Assembly (NCBI GenBank): GCA_032718475.1
Contig: JAUCBJ010000749.1
Span: 1 to 43,392, forward strand
Length of the DNA stretch: 43,392 nt
Source of the DNA: Nemertoderma westbladi
Taxonomy: Eukaryota; Animalia; Xenacoelomorpha
Direction of reading: 5' to 3'
The notes below the pieces were generated by a model. It was not told where the DNA came from. It worked only from the letters and a program-made list of their open reading frames with translations, and searched no databases. Position numbers and translations under genes: made by a program. Below, in pieces: positions 24,775-36,120 of this stretch. The stretch's first letter is position 1. Each line of letters begins with the position of its first letter.

Positions 24775-25713
24775 GTGAATAGGGGTAAATATTGGGTTCC
24801 ATATTGAAATTTCACACTTTTGTTTTTCAATTTCACCTAGAGCAGATTTCTATGTGGATTCCAAATCTAAAAACCGCTTAGCACGGTATATGTTACCACT
24901 CGAGATATTGTTCTCTGCTCGTCTGACTAGCGCCCTGTCAGTATCAACATTTTAGCAAGTACACACTGGAATAAAAATTATTAAATGGTTTTTTCTGGTT
25001 CGGTGATTTCATGATATCTCGTTGGTTCGTTTTGTTGTGTCCATAAAAATAAATCCGATAGCCGGGCACAAGCCGTTGTTAACCACAAACTTAGTTAACC
25101 CGATATGACCATGGTATCTCTCCCAAAATCCGTTGTTTTACCCTAACCCTGCTGCTGTTAAGTCCAAAAACCCGGTTGTTGTTTAACAAGAGTGTAAAGA
25201 TTTCCAGGTTGATTCTGTAAGTTGAAAGTAAGTTGAAAAACAGCTCATTTATAAAAAGGAAGTCTTAAAGGTAACTTGCATTTTGGTTTACCCAGTTGTT
25301 ATACTGGCACTGCTATATACATAGGGATGAAGGATAATAAAGGCAAAGCGACAATGAAATCTCCAATGAATGCGAGGAATGAATCTACATCGACAACATC
25401 AGCAGGTCTGATTTGAGGATAGCATACAATTATCCTACCCTGGCTGGCCCTGGGAAATTCTATCATTGAACTCGTATCTTTGTAGTATTTGTCGACTAGA
25501 AATAAGGATTGCCTTGTCCAGTGCTGAAGTGGCAGTTTGATTCTTAAGTATTCCCACTCCATTCTCCACCATGAACTCTCAGCCACATATCATGGGGAAA
25601 TACAGTTTCTTTCAGCACAATGTATTGCTCCCCAATCACTGAACTGCAAGTATGCCTACATAAAGTTCCCATTGAGGTATGTAGATGTGAGGGTCTATTC
25701 AGCCTAATTGGTG

Positions 25714-26926
25714 CACGGTCCCATCCAGTGAGTGAGGGGATACCCCACGGTCCCATCCAGTGAGTGAGGGGATACCCCACGGTCCTACCCAGTGAGTGGG
25801 GGGATACCCCACGGTCCCATCCAGTGAGTGGGGGGATACCCCACAGTCCCATCCAGTGAGTGAGGGGATACCCCACGGTCCCATCCAGTGAGTGAGGGGA
25901 TACCCCACGGTCCTACCCAGTGAGTGGGGGGATACCCCACGGTCCCATCCAGTGAGTGGGGGATACCCCACAGTCCCATCCAGTGAGTGAGGGGATACCC
26001 CACAGTCCCATCCAGTGAGTGAGGGGATACCCCACGGTCCCATCCAGTGAGTGAGGGGATACCCCACGGTCCTACCCAGTGAGTGGGGGGATACCCCACG
26101 GTCCCATCCAGTGAGTGGGGGGATACCCCACGGTCCCATCCAGTGAGTGAGGGGATACACCACGGTCCCATCCAGTGAGTGAGGGGATACCCCACGGTCC
26201 CATCCAGTGAGTGAGGGGATACCCCACGGTCCTACCCAGTGAGTGGGGGGATACCCCACAGTCCCATCCAGTGAGTGAGGGGATACACCACGGTCCCATC
26301 CAGTGAGTGAGGGGATACCCCACGGTCCCATCCAGTGAGTAAGGGGATACCCCACGGTCCTACCCAGTGAGTGGGGGGATACCCCACGGTCCCCTCCAGT
26401 GAGTGAGGGGATACCCCACGGTCCTACCCAGTGAGTGGGGGGATACCCCACAGTCCCATCCAGTGAGTGAGGGGATACCCCACGGTCCCATCCAGTGAGT
26501 GAGGGGATACCCCACCGTCCTACCCAGTGAGTGGGGGGATACCCCACGGTCCCATCCAGTGAGTGGGGGGATACCCCACAGTCCCATCCAGTGAGTGAGG
26601 GGATACCCCACGGTCCCATCCAGTGAGTGAGGGGATACCCCACGGTCCTACCCAGTGAGTGGGGGGATACCCCACGGTCCTACCCAGTGAGTGGGGGGAT
26701 ACCCCACGGTCACATCCAGTGAGTGAGGGGATACACCACGGTCCTACCCAGTGAGTGGGGGGATACACCACGGTCCCATCCAGTGAGTAAGGGGCCCACG
26801 GTCCTACCCAGTGAGTGGGGGGATACCCCACAGTCCCCTCCAGTGAGTGAGGGGATACACCACGGTCCCATCCAGTGAGTTAGGGGATACCCCACGGTCC
26901 CATCCAGTGAGTGAGGGGATACCCCA
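25714..26926. repeat. 32-bp minisatellite, ~38 units (CACGGTCCCATCCAGTGAGTGAGGGGATACCC)
   Basis: Directly visible contiguous units with a few recurring variants. Confidence 0.97.
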
Positions 26927-28218
26927 GACCAAGTGTGTAACCATTTAGCCTCCCAGATATAGGGTTATGAGGTTATAGGGTTATTTAGTAATAAAACAGT
27001 TAGTTCATTATAGTCCCACCACCGTGGTGTAATGGTTGCATAGAATTCACATCTCTCCGGAGTTCGTGGGTTCATTAATTTTTATCCTTAAATTTGTTAT
27101 CCTTATTTCTACATTGCATCCTTAAGTGGTAGCTGGACTTTCCTCTGGGGAGTATAGTTCTGGGTGGACCGCACTGGAAATAAGTCCAATCCCTTGCCTA
27201 ATGGCCGAATAAATTTTAATTTTTTACTTATTATGGGGTTTCCATTTTAGGTCCCTTCTTATTAATAAATTATATTAAAAGAGTACCTCCTCAATATTTG
27301 AAATATTTTGACTTAATGGTGCTGACAGGGGAGTCCAATGAAAGTTATCCGTAAACGTAAAATACAAAAAAAGAGAAACACGCTAAGGCAACCAACCTGA
27401 AACACGATTTCTTTGAGTAACCAGGGAACTTTCACACTTACTCCCAAGTACAAAATACGCTCACTATCCAATCCCATTTTTAGTCACATAATAAAAGCCA
27501 GGGATTTATTGCAAAGGAACGAGCCCAGGACTACACAACAACGACCTATAATCAGGAGCGGGAAACAACCACCCCACTTAGCGAGCTGTAGCTGATACAA
27601 TAGTTACTGTCTGTGTAGGGTACGTGAATAGTTAACTCGAGTACTAGGTCTACGAATAATACATAATATAATACAATATAATACACATATTATTAATAAT
27701 GATATTGACCAATTCCATTCACTAAACAATTTAACATTAATAAGATACAAATAATTTTAACAATGTTACTCATTTTTCAACATATTAAATTCTAGAACTA
27801 GGTTTAACTAACAGAACAACTAAATTACTACGAGGAATTTCATCATACAGCACATAACTTTAATTAATTTCAACAAATATATAGCCATTTATTAACCTAT
27901 AACATATTTAGCAACAATTCTAATAATTTCCAAAACACAAATAGAGTAAATGATTCGAAGAATTGTATGGCTAACGATGAAATACACTGCGATGGAAGAG
28001 GGTAATTGATGCAAATCCCATATCAACGAATTAATATCCCATCTCCGGTATTATAATTGTTAATTATCAATTACAGCAAAGGAGCAGGTCGCGTGGTATG
28101 TTATTTTAATCAAAACAATAAACGAGAGTAATATAACAGGCTACCTTTTAATTTTCGCTCGAAATCATCTAATACTTGCATGATGTTACCCTGGAGAAGG
28201 TTCAGTTCTGTTTACGTC

Positions 28219-28398
28219 AGGAGCCCCCCGATCTGATCTAGGTAGAGTATATTCGGGAGCCCCCCGATCTGATGTAGGTAGAGTATATTCTGGAGCCCCC
28301 CGATCTGATCTAGGTAGAGTATATTCGGGAGCCCCCCGATCTGATGTAGGTAGAGTATATTCTGGAGCCCCCCGATCTGATGTAGGTAGAGTATATTC
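28219..28398. repeat. 36-bp minisatellite, 5 units, in the receptor 3' UTR
   Basis: GGAGCCCCCCGATCTGAT(C/G)TAGGTAGAGTATATTC(G/T), alternating variants. Confidence 0.95.
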
Positions 28399-28411
28399 TT
28401 ATATGAAGAAG

Positions 28412-28591
28412 CTACACTTCTGTAGACGTAGGTAGAGTACATGTTCGATCATGTATACCCTCATCGTCTGTATATTGCGTGTATATATACCAATATATTA
28501 TATTGAAGATGAGAAACGTTAACGGAAATAGTAATCGACACACCTGGTCTATTCGACTCACGGAATTGTAAGGAGTTTCCAAGCTTTTAGC
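28412..28591 (-). CDS. Cys-loop GABA-A alpha/Grd-like receptor subunit, last exon (M4)
   Basis: tttttag|; AKSLETPYNSVSRIDQVCRLLFPLTFLIFNIIYWYIY...* matches NSVSKID..SR..FP..F..FN..YW..Y; not in ORF track. Confidence 0.92.
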   Translation of the reverse strand, partial: AKSLETPYNSVSRIDQVCRLLFPLTFLIFNIIYWYIYTQYTDDEGIHDRTCTLPTSTEV

Positions 28592-28751
28592 CTAAAAAGG
28601 AAATAATTTGTTGTTATTAGTTGTAATGACAACAATATATACTTTGGGTGTTGTGGTGGTTGGTATAGCCTACGAGTTATGATATACTGTACCGGTATTG
28701 TGTCTTAGTGATATATTATAGTCAGTATGGTTGTTACATTATTATTAATAA

Positions 28752-29225
28752 GCAGCAGCTTGGTCTAGTGGTGACATTCCTGGGCTTCCAATTAGGGAGC
28801 CCTGGTTCGATCCCAAGATGGGGCAGCACTATTTGGGTACAGTGCTTTAAATGCTGCAGCCTAGCCCAACCCCGGCTTTCATCCTTCAGTGGTCGATAAA
28901 TGGGAACCAAGGCAACTTGGGAAACAGAGTGGAAGGGTTTACTGTGGAAGATCACCCATGGTGGTGAACAGGCATTCCTTGGCTTAACGAGCCTGAAAGA
29001 TTCTCCCATTCATTATTATTATTATGACTATAGCAACAATGACTATATGAAGCGGCAGCCTAGCCCAACCCCGGAATTCATGCTTCAGTGGTCGAAAATT
29101 GGGAACCAAGGCAACTTGGAATAACAGAGTGGAATGGTTTACTGTGGAAGATCACCCATTAGTGGTGAACAGGCATTCCTTGGCTTAATGAGCCTAAAAG
29201 ATTCTCCCATTCATTATTATGATTA
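28752..29225 (+). mobile_element. tRNA-derived SINE with tandem duplication of its 3' half
   Basis: TGGTCTAGTGG A box, GGTTCGATCCC B box, (ATT)n tail at ~29012; the segment GCAGCCTAGCCCAACCCCGG...TTCTCCCATTCATTATT repeats at ~29055-29225. Confidence 0.85.
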
Positions 29226-30056
29226 TTATCGTTATAAGATCACCACCATGGGTGATCTTGCTTCCCATTTATCGAACAATTATTAATAATTATATGAAAC
29301 TAAGTCCCAATTGGTCATGGTTCCTTTCACGTCAGAATATGTAACATAACATCGATTAGTTGATGGAGGGATGGAGCCTAAACTGGGTTTTATCACGTTT
29401 GGGTTTTATCAGCCCATACGTTGTTTTTCATGTTTTTGTGAGTTAGGCACTCATTTGCAACATCATAATATCCCTAATTTGAGATTGGCTTATTAACAAA
29501 AGTAATTAACAGAATAAAAGAACGGAATTGGATATTAAATTTTATATGCGAGGGTTCAATGTTTAATCTGCTAGATTTCGTGTTTATATAAACTCCTCAT
29601 TTGATCAATGTCATTTTTCTGCCGACATTTTAATATTTAATTAACTTTAGAGGCAGATACAGAGCTACATAAAACTGCGGCATTTACCATTTATTTGTGA
29701 TGGATCGAAAACTCCCTTAAATTAAATTCGGAAATTTTTGAATACAAATTAGTATTATGATTATTTTAAAATTATTATTGCCGTACAAAAAATTAATAAT
29801 TAGAAATGTGATGTAAAAGATCATAAACCCTTGTTATTATCTAGTAAGCCGTTAACCATAATACTGATACAAATGATATTTAAGTTTAAAGTAATTTATT
29901 ATATGGTTTCAACAGATTGTCCCAGCATATAAAATATAAACTTATAGCGACATTAAATAGAAAAGTTAAATATTAATACATTAATACATTAATAGTACTC
30001 CGGCTTATAATATTTCGGCATATGGGCATCTGATATATAAGAATAAATGATTTAAC

Positions 30057-30200
30057 CTTTAGAATTAGATAAGCCGTGCTGCCCATCATACAGCTAGCGA
30101 CACCTTTAAAGCAACTAAACGTTTCCTTTCGCGGCTTAATCCATATTGTATCAGAATTATCTGTTCCGTCTATCTTCATTTTCTTTGCTGCCGGTTCGTC
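30057..30200 (-). CDS. GABA-A-like receptor subunit exon (M3-M4 intracellular loop)
   Basis: ttatag| ... |gttaaa, 144 bp, phase 0/0 joins flanking exons in frame: DEPAAKKMKIDG...STAYLILK. Confidence 0.78.
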
Positions 30201-30415
30201 CTATAAAGTAATTTTTATTCGACGATGAAATAATGTAATTCCGATTAAATATTAAAATACTTATTATTATATATTTAAATATAAATATTTAAACGCCCTT
30301 TATGGCTAATGATTTTTTTCATTTTGCCCGATTATTGTAATAATCGGAATTAAAATGTAAATAAACTGCAAAATGTATAAGTGATAATATATTATTCAAT
30401 TAGGTTTCTTCATAC

Positions 30416-30624
30416 CGAATTTTCCTTTGGTATCGAAACAACTGGTTTTCCACCTTCAGTTCTCTTTGTGAAATAGTGAACGCAAGAAAATTCTAGAACC
30501 GCGGCAAACACAAACATTAGGGAGGTTAACACAAACCAATCCATTGCGCAGGGATAGGAAACTCGGGGGAGGTATGATCGAGATTGGTTCCCCAACATGA
30601 TCGCAGTTAGCAACGTCATTATAC
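30416..30624 (-). CDS. GABA-A-like receptor subunit exon (M2-M3)
   Basis: ttttatag|GT ... |gtatga; GIMTLLTAIMLGNQSRSYLPRVSYPCAMDWF...FVFAAVLEFSCVHYFTK matches G.TT.LT...R..LP.V.Y..AMDWF...FVF.AL.EF..V.YFTK. Upstream exons not found in window. Confidence 0.93.
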
Positions 30625-30899
30625 CTATAAAAGTAAGATAAACTGTATAAACATTACTACATATATTATACAATTTAAAATATACACAATCACTCTTAAT
30701 ATAAACAAACTTTTTTTATAGAAAAAAGTTGCCCACCCCCTTAATTTTTTTCATATTTCAATCAAATGCTACTAAACTTGGAATAAAGATAGTCTGACAA
30801 CTTTTCTTACTGCTGGAATGGCCGGATTTTTTAAATTTAAATTATTTAAATTTTATTTTAATTCAATGGTACAAGACGTAAAAAATGTCTCTTTGCAAT

Positions 30900-30975
30900 A
30901 CTTACCCACCTCCACCGCCCTTACCCACCTCCACCGCCCTTACCCACCTCCACCGCCCTTACCCACCTCCACCGG
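30900..30975. repeat. 20-bp tandem repeat (CTTACCCACCTCCACCGCCC), ~3.7 units
   Basis: Directly visible. Confidence 0.9.
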
Positions 30976-31371
30976 CCTTATTTTTTACTTTGGAATGTAA
31001 TCTAGATATCAATATAACCGCCTTCGTCTGTAGTTCCGAAACTGAAAACCGTTTTTAATTTCACAAATAACTTCAAAATTCCATGTGTAATATATTGCTA
31101 AATATAAAATTGTTAACGGGCTTGTTGTAGCGAAATAAATAGAAAATTATAAAAGTCAGAGCCAGAGCCTTAAGAAAAAGTTTCAAACTATCACCATACC
31201 AAATTTCGTAGTATTTGATTGAAGTTTGAAAAAATTCGGGAGGGGGTGTGAGGCTCAAAAAGGTTTTTTATATTAAGTGTTGTTGAACATTTATTCCGGG
31301 CAAAACAACACACTGCTAATGATAGTCTACGTAAAAAATGTGTTGTTTTGTCAACAATTGCATGTTGTTAA

Positions 31372-32774
31372 CCAACATGCACCAACATGCGAATGATAGA
31401 CCATTATTGAATGTTTGCAAACGGATGTTAAAAGGGGAAAAGCCACCACCAATTTGGACTAAAGGTCAACTAAAGCCTCTCCCCAAGAAAGGAGACCTCG
31501 GCATACCAACAAACTATCGTGGGATCTTTCTGCTTGTGGTAGCTGCCAAAATATACAATAAAATGATTCTATATAGGATTAGGCCTCACATAGAGAAACT
31601 ACTGCGTAAGAGCCAAAACGGATTTCGACCAAGTAGATCAACAATAGCTCAGATACTTGCACTACGGAGACTGATTGAAGGAATTAAGTCAAAGAATCTC
31701 CCCGAAGTCATGACTTTTGTGGACTTCAAGAAGGCATTAGACTCCATCCATAGAGGTAAAATGCTTGAAATCCTAAGAGCTTATGGAATACCAGAAGTAA
31801 TTGTTGCTGGCATTGGATTGTTATATTGTGACACAGAAGCGCAGGTACTCTCACCAGATGGTGAAACTGAGTTTTTCTCAATCCTGGCTGGCGTACTGCA
31901 AGGTGACACATTAGCACCATTACTATTTGTAATTGTGCTGGATTACGCAATGAGGACGGCCACAAAGGGTGAAGATCTGGGATTCACACTTCAAGAACGC
32001 AGAAGTAGTAGATATCCGGCAACTACAGTCACAGACACCCACTCTGCTACGCTAGCAGATGCACAGCTTCTACTAAATAAACTGGAGAGGGCTGCTAAGG
32101 AGGTTGGATTGCATATAAATGCTACCAAGACCGAATTCATGACCTTTAATGTTGATGGAAACTTGACAACCATTGATAATAATCAACTAAGGAAGGTCGA
32201 TGACTTCCACTACCTTGGATCATGGATAGAGAGTAGCAATAAGGACATAGAAGTTAGGAAAGCAAAGGCTTGGGTAGCTCTATCAAAAATGGATACCATC
32301 TGGAAATCAGATCTCTCCAGGCACCTGAAGACTAAGTTCTTTCGAGCCACAGTGGAAAGTGTATTTTTATACGGGGGTGAGACCTGGACACTGACTAAAT
32401 CACTTGAACAACGAATTGATGGTTGCTACACAAGACTACTAAGGGCAGCCCTAAACATCAGCTGGAGACAACACATGACAAACGCCGAGCTTTATGGTAC
32501 AATACCACCTGTATCAACCACCCTCCGTGAACGCAGATTAAGATTCAGTGGGCACTGCTGGCGAAGTAAAGACGAGGTCATACCAGATCTACTTCTCTGG
32601 CAACCAACTCATGGAAAGCGTAGTCGTGGACGACCTGCCATAACATATATAGATCAACTTGAAAGGGATACTGAACTTGGGAGAAACGAAATTGCGACAA
32701 CTATGGAGAATCGGGAAGCCTGGAAGGATCTCATTTCCACTGTCCGAGTTCGCTCGACCTAGTAGTAGTAGTAG
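31372..32774 (+). mobile_element. RTE-clade LINE, 5'-truncated, RT ORF lacking the FADD motif
   Basis: NYRGI, QNGFR, FVDFKKA.DS, GVLQGDTLAP, YLGSW motifs; (TAG)n tail; TSD CATGTTGTTAA at 31361-31371 and 32775-32785. Confidence 0.93.
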
Positions 32775-32837
32775 CATGTTGTTAAACACTTTTCCCGGAC
32801 AGAACAACACTCTGCTAATGATAGTCTACCTAAGAAA

Positions 32838-34335
32838 CTAGTACTAGGATCGGCATGCTGCATTGCAGCTGCATTTTTAAGAATGCTGTGCCGGCTTATC
32901 GACAAAATTGCACAACTCCCTATCACCCATGACATTTGCTAGATCATCCGCATCTTCAAGGCCATTGTCCTTTAAGAAAGTCATGGGCTGTCCACCATGC
33001 TTATTCACTCCATGAGGCTGCCAAAGTACAAGATTATGCACTGGCTGGTCCTCACGGCGAAAGCAATGTCCTGCAAAGCGGAGGCGATTTTTTTCTAGTG
33101 TCAAGCTTGGGGGAACCAATGAGACACCTCCAATGTTATATAGTGTCTGGTTGGAGATGTGTGCATTGTACTTGACACAATGAACCCGGCGCAGCATTTT
33201 TGTGAATGTGCCATCCAGAGATTTGGTGTCTTCAGCAGTTAGAGCCCAGCATGGACTCACATAGAGGAGTACTGGAACTACTGCTGCTCTAAATAATCGG
33301 ACCTTAAGTTTCCGATTAATTCTCGGTGACTTCCAAATCCTGGAAAGCCTATTCAAGGCTGCGCATGCCTTTCCCTTACGTATTCGTATTACGTATTCTG
33401 ACTTCCGGATCCATGATCCCAGGTAACAGAAGTCATCCACATGCACAAGCATACCATCTTTTGAGCTTATGCTCATCCGATCAGAGACTTGCTGAGGACT
33501 TTCAAAGTTAACTGTCAAAATTTTGGTCTTTTTGGAGTTAATAAAAAGACCAACACTAGAAGCAGCATGTTCTAATGAGCTGAGGAGCCGTTTGGCTCCC
33601 TCTAGTGATTCTGAGAGTACTCCTAAGTCATAAGCAAAGATCAGTTAGGTACTTGGCAGGATTTCCTCGACTTCTGGAGCCAGTAGGTGGAGTTATCATC
33701 ACCCCATCATCATTATGATGATCTAAGGACATGCGTAGACCATAGTCAACAACAATTATAAACAAGAATGGTGCAAGTGTGTCTCCCTGGAGGACGCCCC
33801 ATAACACTTCAAATGGTTCTGTGTCATCGTCAACAGTAGACACAAATGTTGTCGAACCATCGTTTACTGATCTGATTGCTGCAATAATTTCATCAGGAAT
33901 CCCATATAATGAAAGTATGCTGAACATACGTGAGCGAGATACTGAATCAAAGGCCTTGAAGAAGTCAACAAATATAACAGCCAGATGCCTGTCTTTCTTT
34001 TTTGATAACTCTTCAATTATCCTTCTAAGTGCCAAAATGTGCTCCATGGTCCCACGACCTTTACGGAACCCATTCTGATTTCCACGGAGCAGTCTCTCAA
34101 TGGGATCCCTGATGCGATTTAATAGAATTCTATTGTATAGCTTTGCAGCAATCGAGATCAATGAGATTCCCCGAATAGAACCATAGAGTGTTAGGTTGCC
34201 CTTCTTGGGAACTGGCACCAACTTATTTGTTTTCATTTCTTGTGGGACTCTTGTTGTTCGGTACATGTCTACTATGATGGGATAGATGAGCTTTAAACAC
34301 TCAGGTATTTTGTGATTTTTAAAAGTGTTATTCAA
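32838..34335 (-). mobile_element. RTE-clade LINE (second family), 5'-truncated, frameshifted RT
   Basis: RGISL, QNGFR, FVDFFKAFDS, GVLQGDTLAPFLF then frameshift/stop at ~33628-33640; C-terminal ORF 32877-33518. Confidence 0.92.
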
Positions 34336-36120
34336 AGTGTTATTTTAGTCCTAGGACAAAACAACACCTGTTGTTTTTCCGCTCCTGCCAGCTTGTCAGC
34401 CTGTCTGTAAATATGACCGGCAGGCTCTGGTTACCTCGGCTCTCTGCAGACCGGTTCATTACTGTATTACATCATTAGGTACGGTACTACATTGCTGTGC
34501 CTGCCTGTAGCAGTAGGCCTACTACACCAGTACTACACTACACACATCCTGACAAGTCGTATATAGGCCTACCCATGCAGTCATATCAGCACTCAGCATC
34601 TATCTGTCTTGCAGTCTAGTGTAGTTTGGTTCTCAACGAGTTTCAGTTTATGCCTACATTGTAACGATTACTGGAAGACGGGTTAGTCTATCAGTTTGTC
34701 CGTCAAAATTTAGAAGACAGACAGACAGTCAAACTGTCAGACAGATATATTAGATACTACCAAAATTAAATACATCAGATATGAAATCAGAAATGAAATC
34801 ACCGATCCGGAAAACCCCCATATTGAGAATTTTAGTGACTTGGTATGAAACCATAATAGTGTCCAACATTACTGACCGATTTACAGACTACAGACGTCAG
34901 GTTTGAGCCAGAAGGTTCAACCTTTAAAGCAAATTATCTCGGAATTACATTTCACGATATTTCCATTTTTCAAAATACTACTTCTCCGCCGTTTTTCACC
35001 CAAATTCGACAATTTCTGGCTCGTTTAAAAGGTTTTTGACGATCTTTAAAAATTATCCAGTATTTCTTTGAATTTTTTTTTTTAATATTATTGAAAATTT
35101 TAATTCAATTTATTAATTCTAATTAATTAAATTAGTTAAAAATTAATTAAGTTTTGAAAATCGGCTGGACAATTTTTATAGATCCGAAACGAAGGTGCTG
35201 AGTCCAAAAAAGTTGGATTAAAAAAAAAATTGGATAAATATTACGGGACGTCGTAGTATCTAGGGTGAAATATTACTTTCGCCACTCGCCGCTAGAGGGA
35301 CACAAAACATTTTAAAATTTCCATTATTGTTGCTCTTTGGCCTTCCCCAGTTTGATTTGACACCACGCCATACTATAACATCTTGATAACATGTCTATGT
35401 TGCCATGTTGATTTACACTATGCTTTTTGTCTAATCGTTAGAAAAATAAACATTCATATTTGTTTAACCCCAAAAAGACCAAGCCCCATTTTCTATACTG
35501 GACCCCCCAAACTAAACCCTCTTCAGAATCTATTATTGTCGTTTCATTGTAGTAGTTAATCTGAAATTACTACAGCGGTACTAAATTATCTTATCGCGTT
35601 GTGTTGTTTTGTCCGGTAAAAGTGTACAACAACGCAATTATTGACCGGTTGTTTTGTTGTTTTTCCTGTTGTACAAAACAAACGGTCAATAATGTACGTG
35701 ATTGTGTAATTACTTTATCACCCGCCACATTGATGTTACACCGATGGCGAATTATAAAATTACCATTTCTTTTCGTAATCAGTTAAAGGTACCGGTAGTG
35801 TATGGACAGCAACTGCAATGGCTAGACTGCAACATTTTTTCTACCTTTATTATTCTTATGCCAGCTTATTGCTTGATAAGATCCAATTAATGCAAACCAT
35901 TAATTTGTAAGTAAGAGAAGATGCCAATTATATATGCATAGCATTCCATCAACCTTGATTTTAGGGTTCAGTACTTCTCCATGGAAAATGATGGAATGCG
36001 AATGATAGCCAAAGCACTAGTGCATAAAACCAGGCTTCCCGATTGAAGGAGTAGTAACTAATGTTCTATAAAACCAGGCTTCCCGATTGTATGAGTAGTA
36101 ACTAATGTTCTATAAAACCA

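Larger units (their letters stand above)
31278..35633. mobile_element. Probable non-autonomous inverted-repeat DNA element split by two RTE insertions
   Basis: Motif GTTGTT.AACA.TTTT.CCGGACAAAACAACAC in direct copies at 31279 and 32778 and inverted at 35601-35633; palindromic copy 34337-34367. True ends and TSD not identified. Confidence 0.45.

Noticed and set aside
25299-26895. ORFs across and beside the 32-bp array
   Set aside because: Repeat-derived or no recognisable motifs.
28752-28830. tRNA-Gly-like gene (also heads at 10806, 16508)
   Set aside because: Continues into SINE body and tail; acceptor stem not intact.
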